Shown here in pieces: positions 20,235 through 29,636 of a DNA stretch of 64,000 nucleotides. The number at the start of each line of letters is the position of its first letter. Positions within the stretch are counted from its first letter, which is position 1. The position numbers and the translations under genes are program-made. The notes under the pieces were generated by a model that was not told the DNA's origin, searched no databases, and saw only the letters and a list, made by a program, of their open reading frames with translations. This DNA is from Carpediemonas membranifera BICM (lineage: Eukaryota > Protista > Fornicata): assembly GCA_019828565.1 (NCBI GenBank), contig JAHDYR010000047.1, positions 5,541 to 69,540 of the forward strand, given 5' to 3'.

Positions 20235-21626
20235 TTACCCCCGAATCCTGACTCTCTTTTTTGGAGCCCTCTTCTCTGACCGACGCAAGACACCACCTGC
20301 GGTCTCATCAGGAAGCTGTAGCCTCTTGAACACGCCGTCGGCCCCGTTGGTCAGCCGCTGCACAGAGAATGGTCTCGCTCGTATCGCCTCGACGGCTGAC
20401 TCAACAAGTGAGGCGGCTTGGTCGGAGGGTTCTTGGAAATGCTCGGTCGACGGAAGAACGGTCTCTGCAGTCGCGATTCCAAACAGGACAAGAGAGCCGT
20501 CGTTTTCGCTCGGGAGGAGTATCCCATGCTGGGGTGTGACCGAGATCGTCGGGGGAACACCAGGGCGACTGACTCCGGTAAATGCAACAGGGTCAACCCC
20601 GAGAAGAGTGGGTAGTGTTGAGTGAAATGAAACAATCAAAGCCTGCTCTCGCTGGGCAAGAGACCTGGCCAATGCTGCGATTGAATTGGTCGCCTCAACT
20701 TCAGCAGGCGGAGGTCCAACGAGCAACGGGCTGTGAGGCATGCCACTGAGCATACCGAGGGGCACAGTGCCCATGGGTACCCGCTCCTGCACGTCAAGGG
20801 TCACACAGCTCGTCTCGGGCACGGTAAAAGTGCGGGTTGACTCAACACCCGCCCGGCCGACCCTGAAACCCGGGGCGCACTCCCTCAGAAGCTGCAGAGA
20901 CTCGGGGCAGCACGGTCCGCGAGTCTGTGGGAACACTGGGTGGCCGTGGCAGGGGCAGACGTCGGCAGGGATGACTGGGGCGAAGGGGGTGACTGTACGG
21001 ATAAGGGTGCATGGGATTGAGGTCGACCCCAGAGTGATGGCCGCCTGTAGGGCGGGGGGCGGGCATAGAGTCAGTTTGACGACGCGGGAGACGTCCACTG
21101 GGTTTCTGGGGTGGAGTCTAATTTCGATGTTCAGGGCGTCAGCCACAGCGGTGCGCAGGCCGCTCAGGTTGGGTGGGGAGCTTGGCGGGGAGAATATGTG
21201 GACGAATAGGGATGAGCCGGCCTCTTCGACGGCGGCCAGGGCGCGGAGTGCTTGGGGGGAACATGCAGGGGCGTTCAGCGTGAAGAGGTGGACCTCAGTC
21301 ATCTGGTGCTGACGCATGAGGGCTGATAGGGAGCCTGCCACCTCGTCAATGGAGACAGGTGCGGTTGAGTTTGGCTCGTCCACCATCTTGGCAAGACCAG
21401 TGAGGAAGAAGGAAAGGTTGAACGGCGTAAAGTCAATAACAGGTGTGATATGCGGCGTTGCGATGCCAACGGAGACGTTCAGAGGATATGAAAGGCTGCA
21501 GATCGAATACAGAGAGCGATAGACGGCGTTTCGGAACATACTGAACCACGCGGATCTAAGATCAGCATCATCGGCGTAGTACGTGTCTAGGATAAGAACT
21601 ACGTTACGTGCGCTCATATTGGACAT
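20235..21626 (-). CDS. M1AP-like (meiosis 1 arrest protein-like)
   Basis: vWA-like N-terminus, CPCHG motif, and LDV..GMP..AALARSLAQREQALIV..ILLPS..SLVLFGIATAETVLP, which resembles the M1AP C-terminal domain (from memory). Confidence 0.55.
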   Translation of the reverse strand: MSNMSARNVVLILDTYYADDADLRSAWFSMFRNAVYRSLYSICSLSYPLNVSVGIATPHITPVIDFTPFNLSFFLTGLAKMVDEPNSTAPVSIDEVAGSLSALMRQHQMTEVHLFTLNAPACSPQALRALAAVEEAGSSLFVHIFSPPSSPPNLSGLRTAVADALNIEIRLHPRNPVDVSRVVKLTLCPPPALQAAITLGSTSIPCTLIRTVTPFAPVIPADVCPCHGHPVFPQTRGPCCPESLQLLRECAPGFRVGRAGVESTRTFTVPETSCVTLDVQERVPMGTVPLGMLSGMPHSPLLVGPPPAEVEATNSIAALARSLAQREQALIVSFHSTLPTLLGVDPVAFTGVSRPGVPPTISVTPQHGILLPSENDGSLVLFGIATAETVLPSTEHFQEPSDQAASLVESAVEAIRARPFSVQRLTNGADGVFKRLQLPDETAGGVLRRSEKRAPKKRVRIRG

Positions 21627-21908
21627 ATTATAGCTCAGTTTCAAGCGTCCTTCACCCCCTCATTTGCCGGACATCGAATTACGGTTGCCCTCTCATGTAT
21701 AACGTAAATCGGAGATCTCTAAGACCCTCGTTCGCCCAGGACACTAGCTCTCGTAGCCTTACCTGGGTGCTGCTGGACGGATCAGAGCAGTCAGAATGAC
21801 TGAACGAAACCACCCCATCACCACCAAGAACTCCCCACTCCTCCACTATTCGAGAAGCAGCATTCTTAACCGCATATTTACGATGCCAGGTACACCCCGG
21901 CGTCTATC

Positions 21909-23429
21909 TTATCTGGAACCAGCGTAGCTCTCGCGATACTTGCGGAGCTGGGGCCTGCCGCCGTAACCTCTGTTGTTACCACCGTAACCTCTGTTGCCGC
22001 CGTATCTGTTGCCATAGCCGCCTCTGCCACCGCCCCTGCCGTACGAGGGTCTGTTGGCTTCTTTCTCGGCAAAGTCCGAATGGAAAGGGTGGTCAACGTT
22101 GGCGTCAATCTTCTTACGGATATACTTCTCAACCTGACGAAGGGAATCGCCGTCGTCTGCAGAAACGAAGGAGAAGGCGTCGCCCTCCTTGCCTGCTCTG
22201 GCGGTACGGCCGATACGGTGTACGTAGCTCTCGGCGTCACCGGCCTGAGGGAGGTCGTAGTTGATGACGAGGCCGACGTTGTTGATGTCGAGGCCTCTGG
22301 CTGCTACATCCGTGGCCACTAGCACGCGGACTCGATTAGCCTTGAACATGCGGATAGCCTGGTCGCGCTGGGCTTGGCTCTTGTCTCCGTGGATCGAGAC
22401 GGCGGGGAAGTCGCGGTCGACGAGCTCAGAGACGCGCTCGGCCCCAGCCTTGGTCTTGCAGAAGACGATGACCTTGTCCTCTGTGGATTCCTTAAGAACA
22501 TGCAAGAGGAGGTCGTTGCGACGGTTCTTCTCGACGTACATCAGTTTCTGGTTGATGCGGTCGACAGTGGGCTTCTCGGGCTCGATTGTGACACGAACAG
22601 GATCAGTGACAAAGCGGTTGGCGAGGTTGAGAATGTTGCCAGAGAGCGTGGCAGAGAAGAAAAGGTTCCAGCGCTCCTGGGGGAGGAGCTTGGTGATGCG
22701 CTCGATGTCAGGGATGAAGCCCATATCGAGCATGCGGTCAGCCTCGTCGAGGACGAAGGCGTCCACGTTATCGAGGGTGAAACGTTCCTCATCAAGGAGG
22801 TCGATGAGACGGCCGGGGGTGGCCACGCAGACGTCCACACCCTGGCGGAAGGCGGAGGTCTGGGGGCCCTTGCTCACACCACCGTAGACGCAGACGTGCC
22901 AGATGCCGCAGTACTTGCCGTACTTCTCAATCTGGTCGCCGATCTGGGTGCACAGCTCGCGTGTGGGGGCCAGGATCAGGACGCGAGGGCGGTAGCGCTC
23001 CACAGGGCGTCTGTTGGAGACGAGGTGATGCAGAATAGGAAGGGTGAACGCGGCAGTTTTGCCTGTTCCAGTTTGGGCTGAGCCGAAGAAATCCTTCCTC
23101 TCAAGGAGAGGAGGGATGGACTGGGCTTGGATAGGAGTGGGGGTCTCGTAGCCAGCCTCGAAGATGGCCTGCTGAATCTCGGGGGCAAGCTTGGCAAACT
23201 CGTTGCCTGATTCAGCGAACTTGGCCTCACACACAACCTGCGGGGCCTCGATGCGTTCTTCGTAATGATCGCGGTGATTGTTGCCCCGGAAGTTGCCTCT
23301 ATCGCGGCCATAAGAACGCCGGTCATTCCCGCCCCGGCCTCCGCGGTTATCGCGATAGTTGTTGTTCCTGCGGTAATCGTTACCACGATAGCCTTGATCT
23401 CTCGGTCTATGGTCCTCGTACTCTCTCAT
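21909..23429 (-). CDS. DEAD-box RNA helicase, RhlE-like, with RG-rich tails
   Basis: AQTGTGKT, PTREL, DEADRMLDMGF, SAT, YVHRIGRTARAG. Confidence 0.9.
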   Translation of the reverse strand: MREYEDHRPRDQGYRGNDYRRNNNYRDNRGGRGGNDRRSYGRDRGNFRGNNHRDHYEERIEAPQVVCEAKFAESGNEFAKLAPEIQQAIFEAGYETPTPIQAQSIPPLLERKDFFGSAQTGTGKTAAFTLPILHHLVSNRRPVERYRPRVLILAPTRELCTQIGDQIEKYGKYCGIWHVCVYGGVSKGPQTSAFRQGVDVCVATPGRLIDLLDEERFTLDNVDAFVLDEADRMLDMGFIPDIERITKLLPQERWNLFFSATLSGNILNLANRFVTDPVRVTIEPEKPTVDRINQKLMYVEKNRRNDLLLHVLKESTEDKVIVFCKTKAGAERVSELVDRDFPAVSIHGDKSQAQRDQAIRMFKANRVRVLVATDVAARGLDINNVGLVINYDLPQAGDAESYVHRIGRTARAGKEGDAFSFVSADDGDSLRQVEKYIRKKIDANVDHPFHSDFAEKEANRPSYGRGGGRGGYGNRYGGNRGYGGNNRGYGGRPQLRKYRESYAGSR

Positions 23430-23629
23430 ATCGCTAGGAAACAAAACGTCGACTCACACTACCAACCTGCAAGAAAAAAAAACGAGTGTGAAAAACCGCA
23501 GTATACGATGACCGGTCAGGACGAAAGGACGTGACTGTCCAGCAGGACTCCATACTTTCGTAAAAATCATAATTTCCTTAAACTGCTCGAAAAGCGCTTT
23601 GGATTGAAGGTTGAGAACAGCAGCAGTGT

Positions 23630-26600
23630 ATGGCCACGTCTCAATCCGAAAAGTCCAACTCCCTTATTGGAGATATAACGGCAATTACTGCCTCTAATAT
23701 CGCCGAAGGCACGCAGCTGTACGTCTGTGTCCGCTCTGTCCAGGAGCACAAGCTCTTGGTGAGCCTTCCATTCAGTTTGAGCGCTGTTGTTCGCAAGGAG
23801 ACTCTTTCGGGCTTCCTTGAAGAAGGCGAGCAGCTTTCAGACAAGTTCTGTCAAGGCGACATCTTCCCCGCCGTCGTGAAGTCCACCAAGCCGCTTGAAG
23901 TGTCCATCCGTGACGCCGACCTCAAGGAGTCTCGTATCAACGGCATCCCCATCGTTGGATCCACTGTCCGCGGCGTAATCACAAACTCCAGCAGCATTGG
24001 CCACATCGTCATGATCACCGGCGAAAACTCATGCGGCGCCGTCCTCCACGCTGCCCACGCGGCCCACACCAAGTACAACAGCAACGAGCAGAAGTTCCGT
24101 GTAATTGCCGTGATGCACGGCCAGGTATACGTCTCGGATCACCCCCATCTCCTCAAGGGCGTCGTCCCCACCCTCGCGCTCAGACCTGGCCACATATTCA
24201 TCGGCAGCGAGGAAGACGAGTCCGTCGACATTGCTGCGGCCCATGTGATGGAGGGCACGGTCACTGTGACGGACTACGTGAGCCGCAGAGGCCTGTTTGT
24301 GTCCATTTCTCTCGGAGACAGCACTATCCGCGGCCTCGTGCCCCGTAACATGCTCGCCAACGCCCACGCTGCCGGTACCACCATCACTTGCCGTGTAGTC
24401 CGCATCCACGCCATTGACGGTAGCGTGGAGCTCACCACTCTCCCCGACCACCTTAGCGCTCCTCTGTTCAAGCTCAATGACGCCATCCCCGGCCTCAAAG
24501 TCAGTGGCGTCCCCACCCGGGCTGATGAAAAGAACCGGTTCGTCGAGGTCAAGCTAGCCGACAACATCACCGGCCGTATTCTCTCAGTACACCTCCCCAA
24601 GGCCCCCAAGGTCTTCGTCCGCGAGGCCCGGGGCAGGGCAAGACCCATGCGCATCCTCCACTCAGACATGGCCACTGGCGCCATCCTTCTGACAGCCCTG
24701 CCCGACCTCCTTGCCGCCGAGACAGTATGGGCCAAGGCCGAGGACGCAGACACAGAGACTGTGGCCACCGCATGGGTCCAGCGCATTGACGCCAAGGTCG
24801 GCGCGATCATCCGCTTCTTTGGTCAGCTCTCTGGTCATGTCCCTCGGGACTGGATGGGCGAGGCCGACCTCGCTCCCGGTGACGTTATCGACGTCGTTAA
24901 GGTCAGCGCTGATAAGAAGGGCAGGCTGCTGTGCCGTTTGGCTGACTCTTCCGCGGGCGACCTCAGCGTGGTTGAGCCCCTCGATGCTGACACTTTCGAG
25001 GATATCATGGCCGCCGCTTACGAGAATTGGGACGATTCTGAGCCCGTCCACGCCGCCTGTGGGGAGCAGGGAACCTTCCACGCTCTCACCCTCGTCGCGG
25101 GTGGGGTTCTCGGGTACGTCAAAGGCGTCCACGAGGTCGATGCGCCTGATGCCGAGGGAGAAGAGCAGGACGAAGCCATGGACAGTGAGGCCGAGGAGTC
25201 TGAGACCGACTCTGATTCCGACTCCGACTCCAGTGGCGATGAGGACGATGATGATGAGGCCGCCCCCATTGTCGCCCCCGCCTTCCTTCCCGCCGGCCAC
25301 CTCGCAGACACTCTCTCCGAGTGCCAGCAGCTGTTCGAGAACCTCGACGTAACTGGCCTCACTCTTCCCGTGACGACGGTTCGGCCCATCTCCGGGGCCA
25401 GGATCCCGGTAACTCTGGTCAGCGCCAAGGCCGGGATGACGACCGCGAGTTCCACTGCTGAGGTCGGTGCCAAGTTCTCGGGCTTCGTCTCTCGCTACGA
25501 TGCTTATCACATTGTCGTTGAGGGCATCAACGGGGCAACTGGACTCATCTCGATGAACCAGCTCGGAAACAGGGCCCGCGCCACCAAGGCCTTCCCCATC
25601 AACTCCATCGTCATCGCTACAGTCGTGTCAGTCGACGACAAGAAGACTAGACTCACCATTGAGACCCCCCCGCCCCAGCTCGGCGAGGTTGTGCCTTGCA
25701 GGGTCACCCGAGTCTACTCTGGCTGGCTAATGGTTAAGGTTGGGCGGACTACCGGCAGATGCCACATCACTGACGTATCAGATATCGCTACCGACCATCC
25801 CACGAAAGATCTGATCGGATCTGTGCGGCAGGGTAAGGTAATCGCCCAGGCAGAGGGCCAGAACCCGCTCAGAGTAAGCTTCAGAGACAGCGACACGGGC
25901 CTCAAGACCCACGCTCACGAGCAGGGCGCCAAGTTCCCCAAGCCCACGAAGCAGCCAGCCAAGGGTGATAAGGTCTACGGTTACGTCGTCGCAGTCAACT
26001 CCAAGGGCAAGGGGGCCGGCGTTTACGTGAGCATCGCCCCCGACGTCACCGGCAAGGTCATGCTGAAGAACATCGCTGACTGCTACATCAAGGACGCCGC
26101 TGCCGTGGTTAAGGAGGGCAAGATGGTCCAGGTCTTGGTCAAGGGAGTCAACCCGAGAGGTCTGGACCTTTCGATGAAGACCAGCGATGGCGTGGCTAAT
26201 AAGCTGCCTGCCATGAAATCCAAGCAGGGCCAGCCCCAGCCTGAGCCAATCGCCCAGTCGGAGAACGAGTCTGAATCCGAGAGCGAAGAAGAAGAAGAGC
26301 CCAACTCCGAGTCCGACGATGAGGAGGAGATCCCAACCATGGAGCTCGTCGACGAGGCTGAGTCAGAAGAGGACGAGCCCGAATCCAAGCCCGCCCCCGC
26401 ATCCATCGAAGGCGCCCCCACCACTGAGGACGAGTGGCAGCGCACCCTCCACGCTGAGGCGTCATCCCCCTTCCGGTGGATCCAGTACGTCGCATGGACT
26501 GGCGAGAACAAGGGCCTGCCCGCCGCTTTCGAGGTGGCTAAAACTGCGATCTCCCGCCTGACTGATATGAAGTCAAGGCAGACGCTGTGGACGGCTGGGT

Positions 26601-27247
26601 GGAACCTGGTGTCCGAGATGGACGGTCCCAGCCCTGCTGGAGCTAGCATGACCGCTTGGCTGGCCGAGGGCGAGAAGTACTCTCCCGTCGCCGTGTTCGC
26701 GCACATCCTGTCCAATTTGATTGGGTCGGCCGCGTTTGATGAGTATGTGCAGCACATGAGGGCCGTCAAGAGCCTTAGAAGACTCAATCACGAGATCGCT
26801 ATCCAGAAGCTCGTGTACAGACACAACCTCAAGACTGACGGCCCGACTCCGTTGACAGTCGACGACTTGACCGCTTCCCACACAAAGTGGTCACGCGATA
26901 CAGCATGCAGGTTCATCAAGGACTGCGCTGTGATCGACTTTGAGTCAAAACACGCCGAGGCTGGCCGTGCCAAGATCGAGCATCTCATGAACCACCAGCC
27001 TGGCCGTCTTGGCGAGACTGCCATGGCTGCTGCCGAGCTCGAGCGGGCGTATGGTGGCAAGGGCGGCCTCCTCAGCGCATATGCGCTTCTCCAGCGTGCG
27101 TTTGAGGCGTCTGCCGGCACTGGGGCTCGGGATCGTGCCCTCTGGCAGGCCTGGCATGACGTCGCGGTGGAGCTGAACGATCCTGAGCGCGTTACGGCTG
27201 TTATTAAGAAGAAGCTACAGGATGGAGAGGAGAGCGACGAGGAATAA
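23630..27247 (+). CDS. RRP5: rRNA biogenesis protein Rrp5
   Basis: Multiple S1-like repeats, acidic linker, C-terminal HAT/TPR region (SS..WIQY). Confidence 0.8.
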   Translation: MATSQSEKSNSLIGDITAITASNIAEGTQLYVCVRSVQEHKLLVSLPFSLSAVVRKETLSGFLEEGEQLSDKFCQGDIFPAVVKSTKPLEVSIRDADLKESRINGIPIVGSTVRGVITNSSSIGHIVMITGENSCGAVLHAAHAAHTKYNSNEQKFRVIAVMHGQVYVSDHPHLLKGVVPTLALRPGHIFIGSEEDESVDIAAAHVMEGTVTVTDYVSRRGLFVSISLGDSTIRGLVPRNMLANAHAAGTTITCRVVRIHAIDGSVELTTLPDHLSAPLFKLNDAIPGLKVSGVPTRADEKNRFVEVKLADNITGRILSVHLPKAPKVFVREARGRARPMRILHSDMATGAILLTALPDLLAAETVWAKAEDADTETVATAWVQRIDAKVGAIIRFFGQLSGHVPRDWMGEADLAPGDVIDVVKVSADKKGRLLCRLADSSAGDLSVVEPLDADTFEDIMAAAYENWDDSEPVHAACGEQGTFHALTLVAGGVLGYVKGVHEVDAPDAEGEEQDEAMDSEAEESETDSDSDSDSSGDEDDDDEAAPIVAPAFLPAGHLADTLSECQQLFENLDVTGLTLPVTTVRPISGARIPVTLVSAKAGMTTASSTAEVGAKFSGFVSRYDAYHIVVEGINGATGLISMNQLGNRARATKAFPINSIVIATVVSVDDKKTRLTIETPPPQLGEVVPCRVTRVYSGWLMVKVGRTTGRCHITDVSDIATDHPTKDLIGSVRQGKVIAQAEGQNPLRVSFRDSDTGLKTHAHEQGAKFPKPTKQPAKGDKVYGYVVAVNSKGKGAGVYVSIAPDVTGKVMLKNIADCYIKDAAAVVKEGKMVQVLVKGVNPRGLDLSMKTSDGVANKLPAMKSKQGQPQPEPIAQSENESESESEEEEEPNSESDDEEEIPTMELVDEAESEEDEPESKPAPASIEGAPTTEDEWQRTLHAEASSPFRWIQYVAWTGENKGLPAAFEVAKTAISRLTDMKSRQTLWTAGWNLVSEMDGPSPAGASMTAWLAEGEKYSPVAVFAHILSNLIGSAAFDEYVQHMRAVKSLRRLNHEIAIQKLVYRHNLKTDGPTPLTVDDLTASHTKWSRDTACRFIKDCAVIDFESKHAEAGRAKIEHLMNHQPGRLGETAMAAAELERAYGGKGGLLSAYALLQRAFEASAGTGARDRALWQAWHDVAVELNDPERVTAVIKKKLQDGEESDEE

Positions 27248-27326
27248 ACAACGGATTATAGTCAGCACGGAGATTTTTTTATTTATTTTTGAATCTGAAG
27301 AAGACTGGACTCATCACGTTTCACCT

Positions 27327-28556
27327 TTATTGTTTAATCCTGGAAACGATGAGGGGCATCACTCTGTCGCCCGGGAAGCGCCCCATATCACCCTTCGCAC
27401 ACTCCTTTTCTGTGTACGCCGTGACTGCATCAGCTGATGCGACCGGGTCACAGTATACAAAGGGAACGCTCTCGAAAGAATGGTCCTTCTTAATGCATGG
27501 CGTGGAGTGATCCCCAGAGAGCACCAGGACGACATCATTCCTCTCGAGAAGCGGGGCGATGGCTGCGTCAACCCGTTCAATCTGCCTGACCTTCTCGTGA
27601 GAGTCGCCTTCATGTGATGCATCATCGATACCCTTGAAATGGACAAATACAAAATCATACTCGTCTAGTGCGTCAAGAACAGCGGCGACCTTCACTTTGA
27701 AATCTGAGTCCATGCCGCCAGTCGCCTCCTTGGGAAGCTTGGGCAGGTCGAAGCCGACAGACTCGGCAACACCTCTGATGATAGCGGTTGGGGCGATCAC
27801 TGCGCCCTTGATGCCGTATTTCTCGGCCACGGGCGGCGTTGGGGCGAGAGAGCCTGGGCCTCGGAACAGTACGAGGTTCGCCGGGTTCTTTCCCCGGGCA
27901 CGCCGCTCGACGTTGATGGGGTGGGTCTCTAGCTTACGTGTCACCTCCTTAGTCAGCGTGTTGAGAGCATCAGCCGTCTTTCTGGCCTCAGCGGTCGAGT
28001 CAAGCGGCTCAGACACACACAGCGGCCTGTCGTCAACCAGCGGGTCGGTCCCAGTTATCTTGTCACTCAACCCGGGTCCTACAATAGCCACAGCACACCT
28101 GTGCTCTGTGGTGTACATTACCTTGATGGAAAGATCGGGGAAACCGGGAATGACAGTTCCATCAAGGAGCCCGGCGAGGATAGGGCCCTCGTGCTCGAAT
28201 GACCGGTCGGCACGGCGCTTAGTGACCGTAGTGCCCTCGATGGTGGCAAAGTTTGACTTGAAAGCGACGTCTTGTGGGGTGATTCTCATGCCTGCTCCAA
28301 GCGTCTCATAGCAACCACGGCCAACGTAATACTGTTCAGGAGGATACCCAAAGAGGTTCAGATGCGCAGTATCACTCCCGCAAGCTTTCCCGGGCGCTAC
28401 AGGATCAACCATGCCGCACACTCCTCTGGCAGCTATGGCATCGAGGTTCGGCGTCTTTGCGATCTCCAAAGGGGTCCTTCCCTTCCATTCCGAGGGCTCT
28501 TGGAGCGGGCAATCGCCAACTCCGTCCAACAGCAGATAAACTACCTTCATTCCCAT
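27327..28556 (-). CDS. apgM: Cofactor-independent phosphoglycerate mutase, archaeal type
   Basis: LLDGVGD, TPLE.A.TPNLD, GSDTAHL, DDASHEGD, GDHSTP. Confidence 0.92.
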   Translation of the reverse strand: MGMKVVYLLLDGVGDCPLQEPSEWKGRTPLEIAKTPNLDAIAARGVCGMVDPVAPGKACGSDTAHLNLFGYPPEQYYVGRGCYETLGAGMRITPQDVAFKSNFATIEGTTVTKRRADRSFEHEGPILAGLLDGTVIPGFPDLSIKVMYTTEHRCAVAIVGPGLSDKITGTDPLVDDRPLCVSEPLDSTAEARKTADALNTLTKEVTRKLETHPINVERRARGKNPANLVLFRGPGSLAPTPPVAEKYGIKGAVIAPTAIIRGVAESVGFDLPKLPKEATGGMDSDFKVKVAAVLDALDEYDFVFVHFKGIDDASHEGDSHEKVRQIERVDAAIAPLLERNDVVLVLSGDHSTPCIKKDHSFESVPFVYCDPVASADAVTAYTEKECAKGDMGRFPGDRVMPLIVSRIKQ

Positions 28557-28626
28557 TCGTCTTTCGTTTTGTCGTTCTTCCTACGACAAGCAATAGACAC
28601 GAAGCTTTACCTATACACACACGCGC

Positions 28627-29355
28627 TCAGTCCGACAGCTCGCTATGGTACCCCTGGTCCCCCCGAACTGAGCCGGGCATCGGTTCCCAAGTCGCTGCCA
28701 GTTGGATGGAGGGTGCCCACTCAGCGCTGTCGATGCCTCTAAACGGTGCCGACGGGATCGCTGCAGCAGTAGGGAGCTCAAGGTCAGTGTGAGTGTTCCT
28801 CAGCCGATCGATTGTTACCAGCTGTGTGTACAACTGATGAGCAATGGCGACTGCGAAGCGGGAGTCCAGCCCTAGGTCCGAGGCCAGTGTGGTGGCGAAG
28901 GGAACGGGGTGGTTGTTCGGATCGTTGGTGTCCCACAGAACCTTGTCCGTTAGATGGAAGCCATCCATCCAAATATCAAGGCCGAGGGCGTGGTAGCGCT
29001 CGCCAGCGGCAGAGTCGAAGCGGTAGGGGATGAACGCTTCGATCTGGGCGTTAAGCTGCTCCAGGAGCGCGGAGTCGAAGGACGACGGGAGATCGTGGTC
29101 GTCACAGAGTCGGGTGATGAACTCCTGGGGCGTCAAATTGGACTCACTGGCTTTCCAGAAGAAGAAGTCCTTGAACTGAGTATCGCCGAGCTCCACATTG
29201 AGGTGTACCGGGATCAAATCATTGTCCAGCTCCAAGCGAGGGCCTTTGGGCGGCGGCGCCTTTTCTGTAGATATCGGTATTTGTGGCTGTACTTCAGCTT
29301 CTATGATGGGCGCAACAGGGATTGGAGGCGCTTCCACTGACAGCATTGGTTGCAT
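28627..29355 (-). CDS. SNF5: SNF5/INI1-family chromatin remodelling subunit
   Basis: Two SNF5 repeats (LIPVHLNVE..KDFFFW..TPQEF..LCDD; LTDKVLWD..P..FA..LASDLGL). Confidence 0.85.
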   Translation of the reverse strand: MQPMLSVEAPPIPVAPIIEAEVQPQIPISTEKAPPPKGPRLELDNDLIPVHLNVELGDTQFKDFFFWKASESNLTPQEFITRLCDDHDLPSSFDSALLEQLNAQIEAFIPYRFDSAAGERYHALGLDIWMDGFHLTDKVLWDTNDPNNHPVPFATTLASDLGLDSRFAVAIAHQLYTQLVTIDRLRNTHTDLELPTAAAIPSAPFRGIDSAEWAPSIQLAATWEPMPGSVRGDQGYHSELSD

Positions 29356-29636
29356 TGCCGAGTCATAAAGTCGGGTCGAAGGGAGCAGGCCGCGAGGACA
29401 GCCTGGTAGCTACAGGCTAGCGCGAGAGGTGATGATACTAGCCGGGCGTTTTCTAAAACTGTGATCCGATTGCATTTTGACCCGACATGCTGGCAGAGAA
29501 CAGCGGCCCATAATCTGAGCAAGCGAGACCCACCATAGCCGTCGTTATGCCATCTAAGACACATTTGGGATGTAACATGGTCTGGCGTCTGGACAACTTC
29601 GCCCGAGTTGCCTTCCAAAACTCGAAGAAACGAACA

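Noticed and set aside
21757-21870. U1 snRNA (CTTACCTGG)
   Set aside because: No convincing stem-loop I/II motifs or Sm site.
23434-23590. Tiny upstream introns or a U3/snoRNA-like sequence
   Set aside because: GT..AG candidates did not give an in-frame extension, and the box matches are partial.
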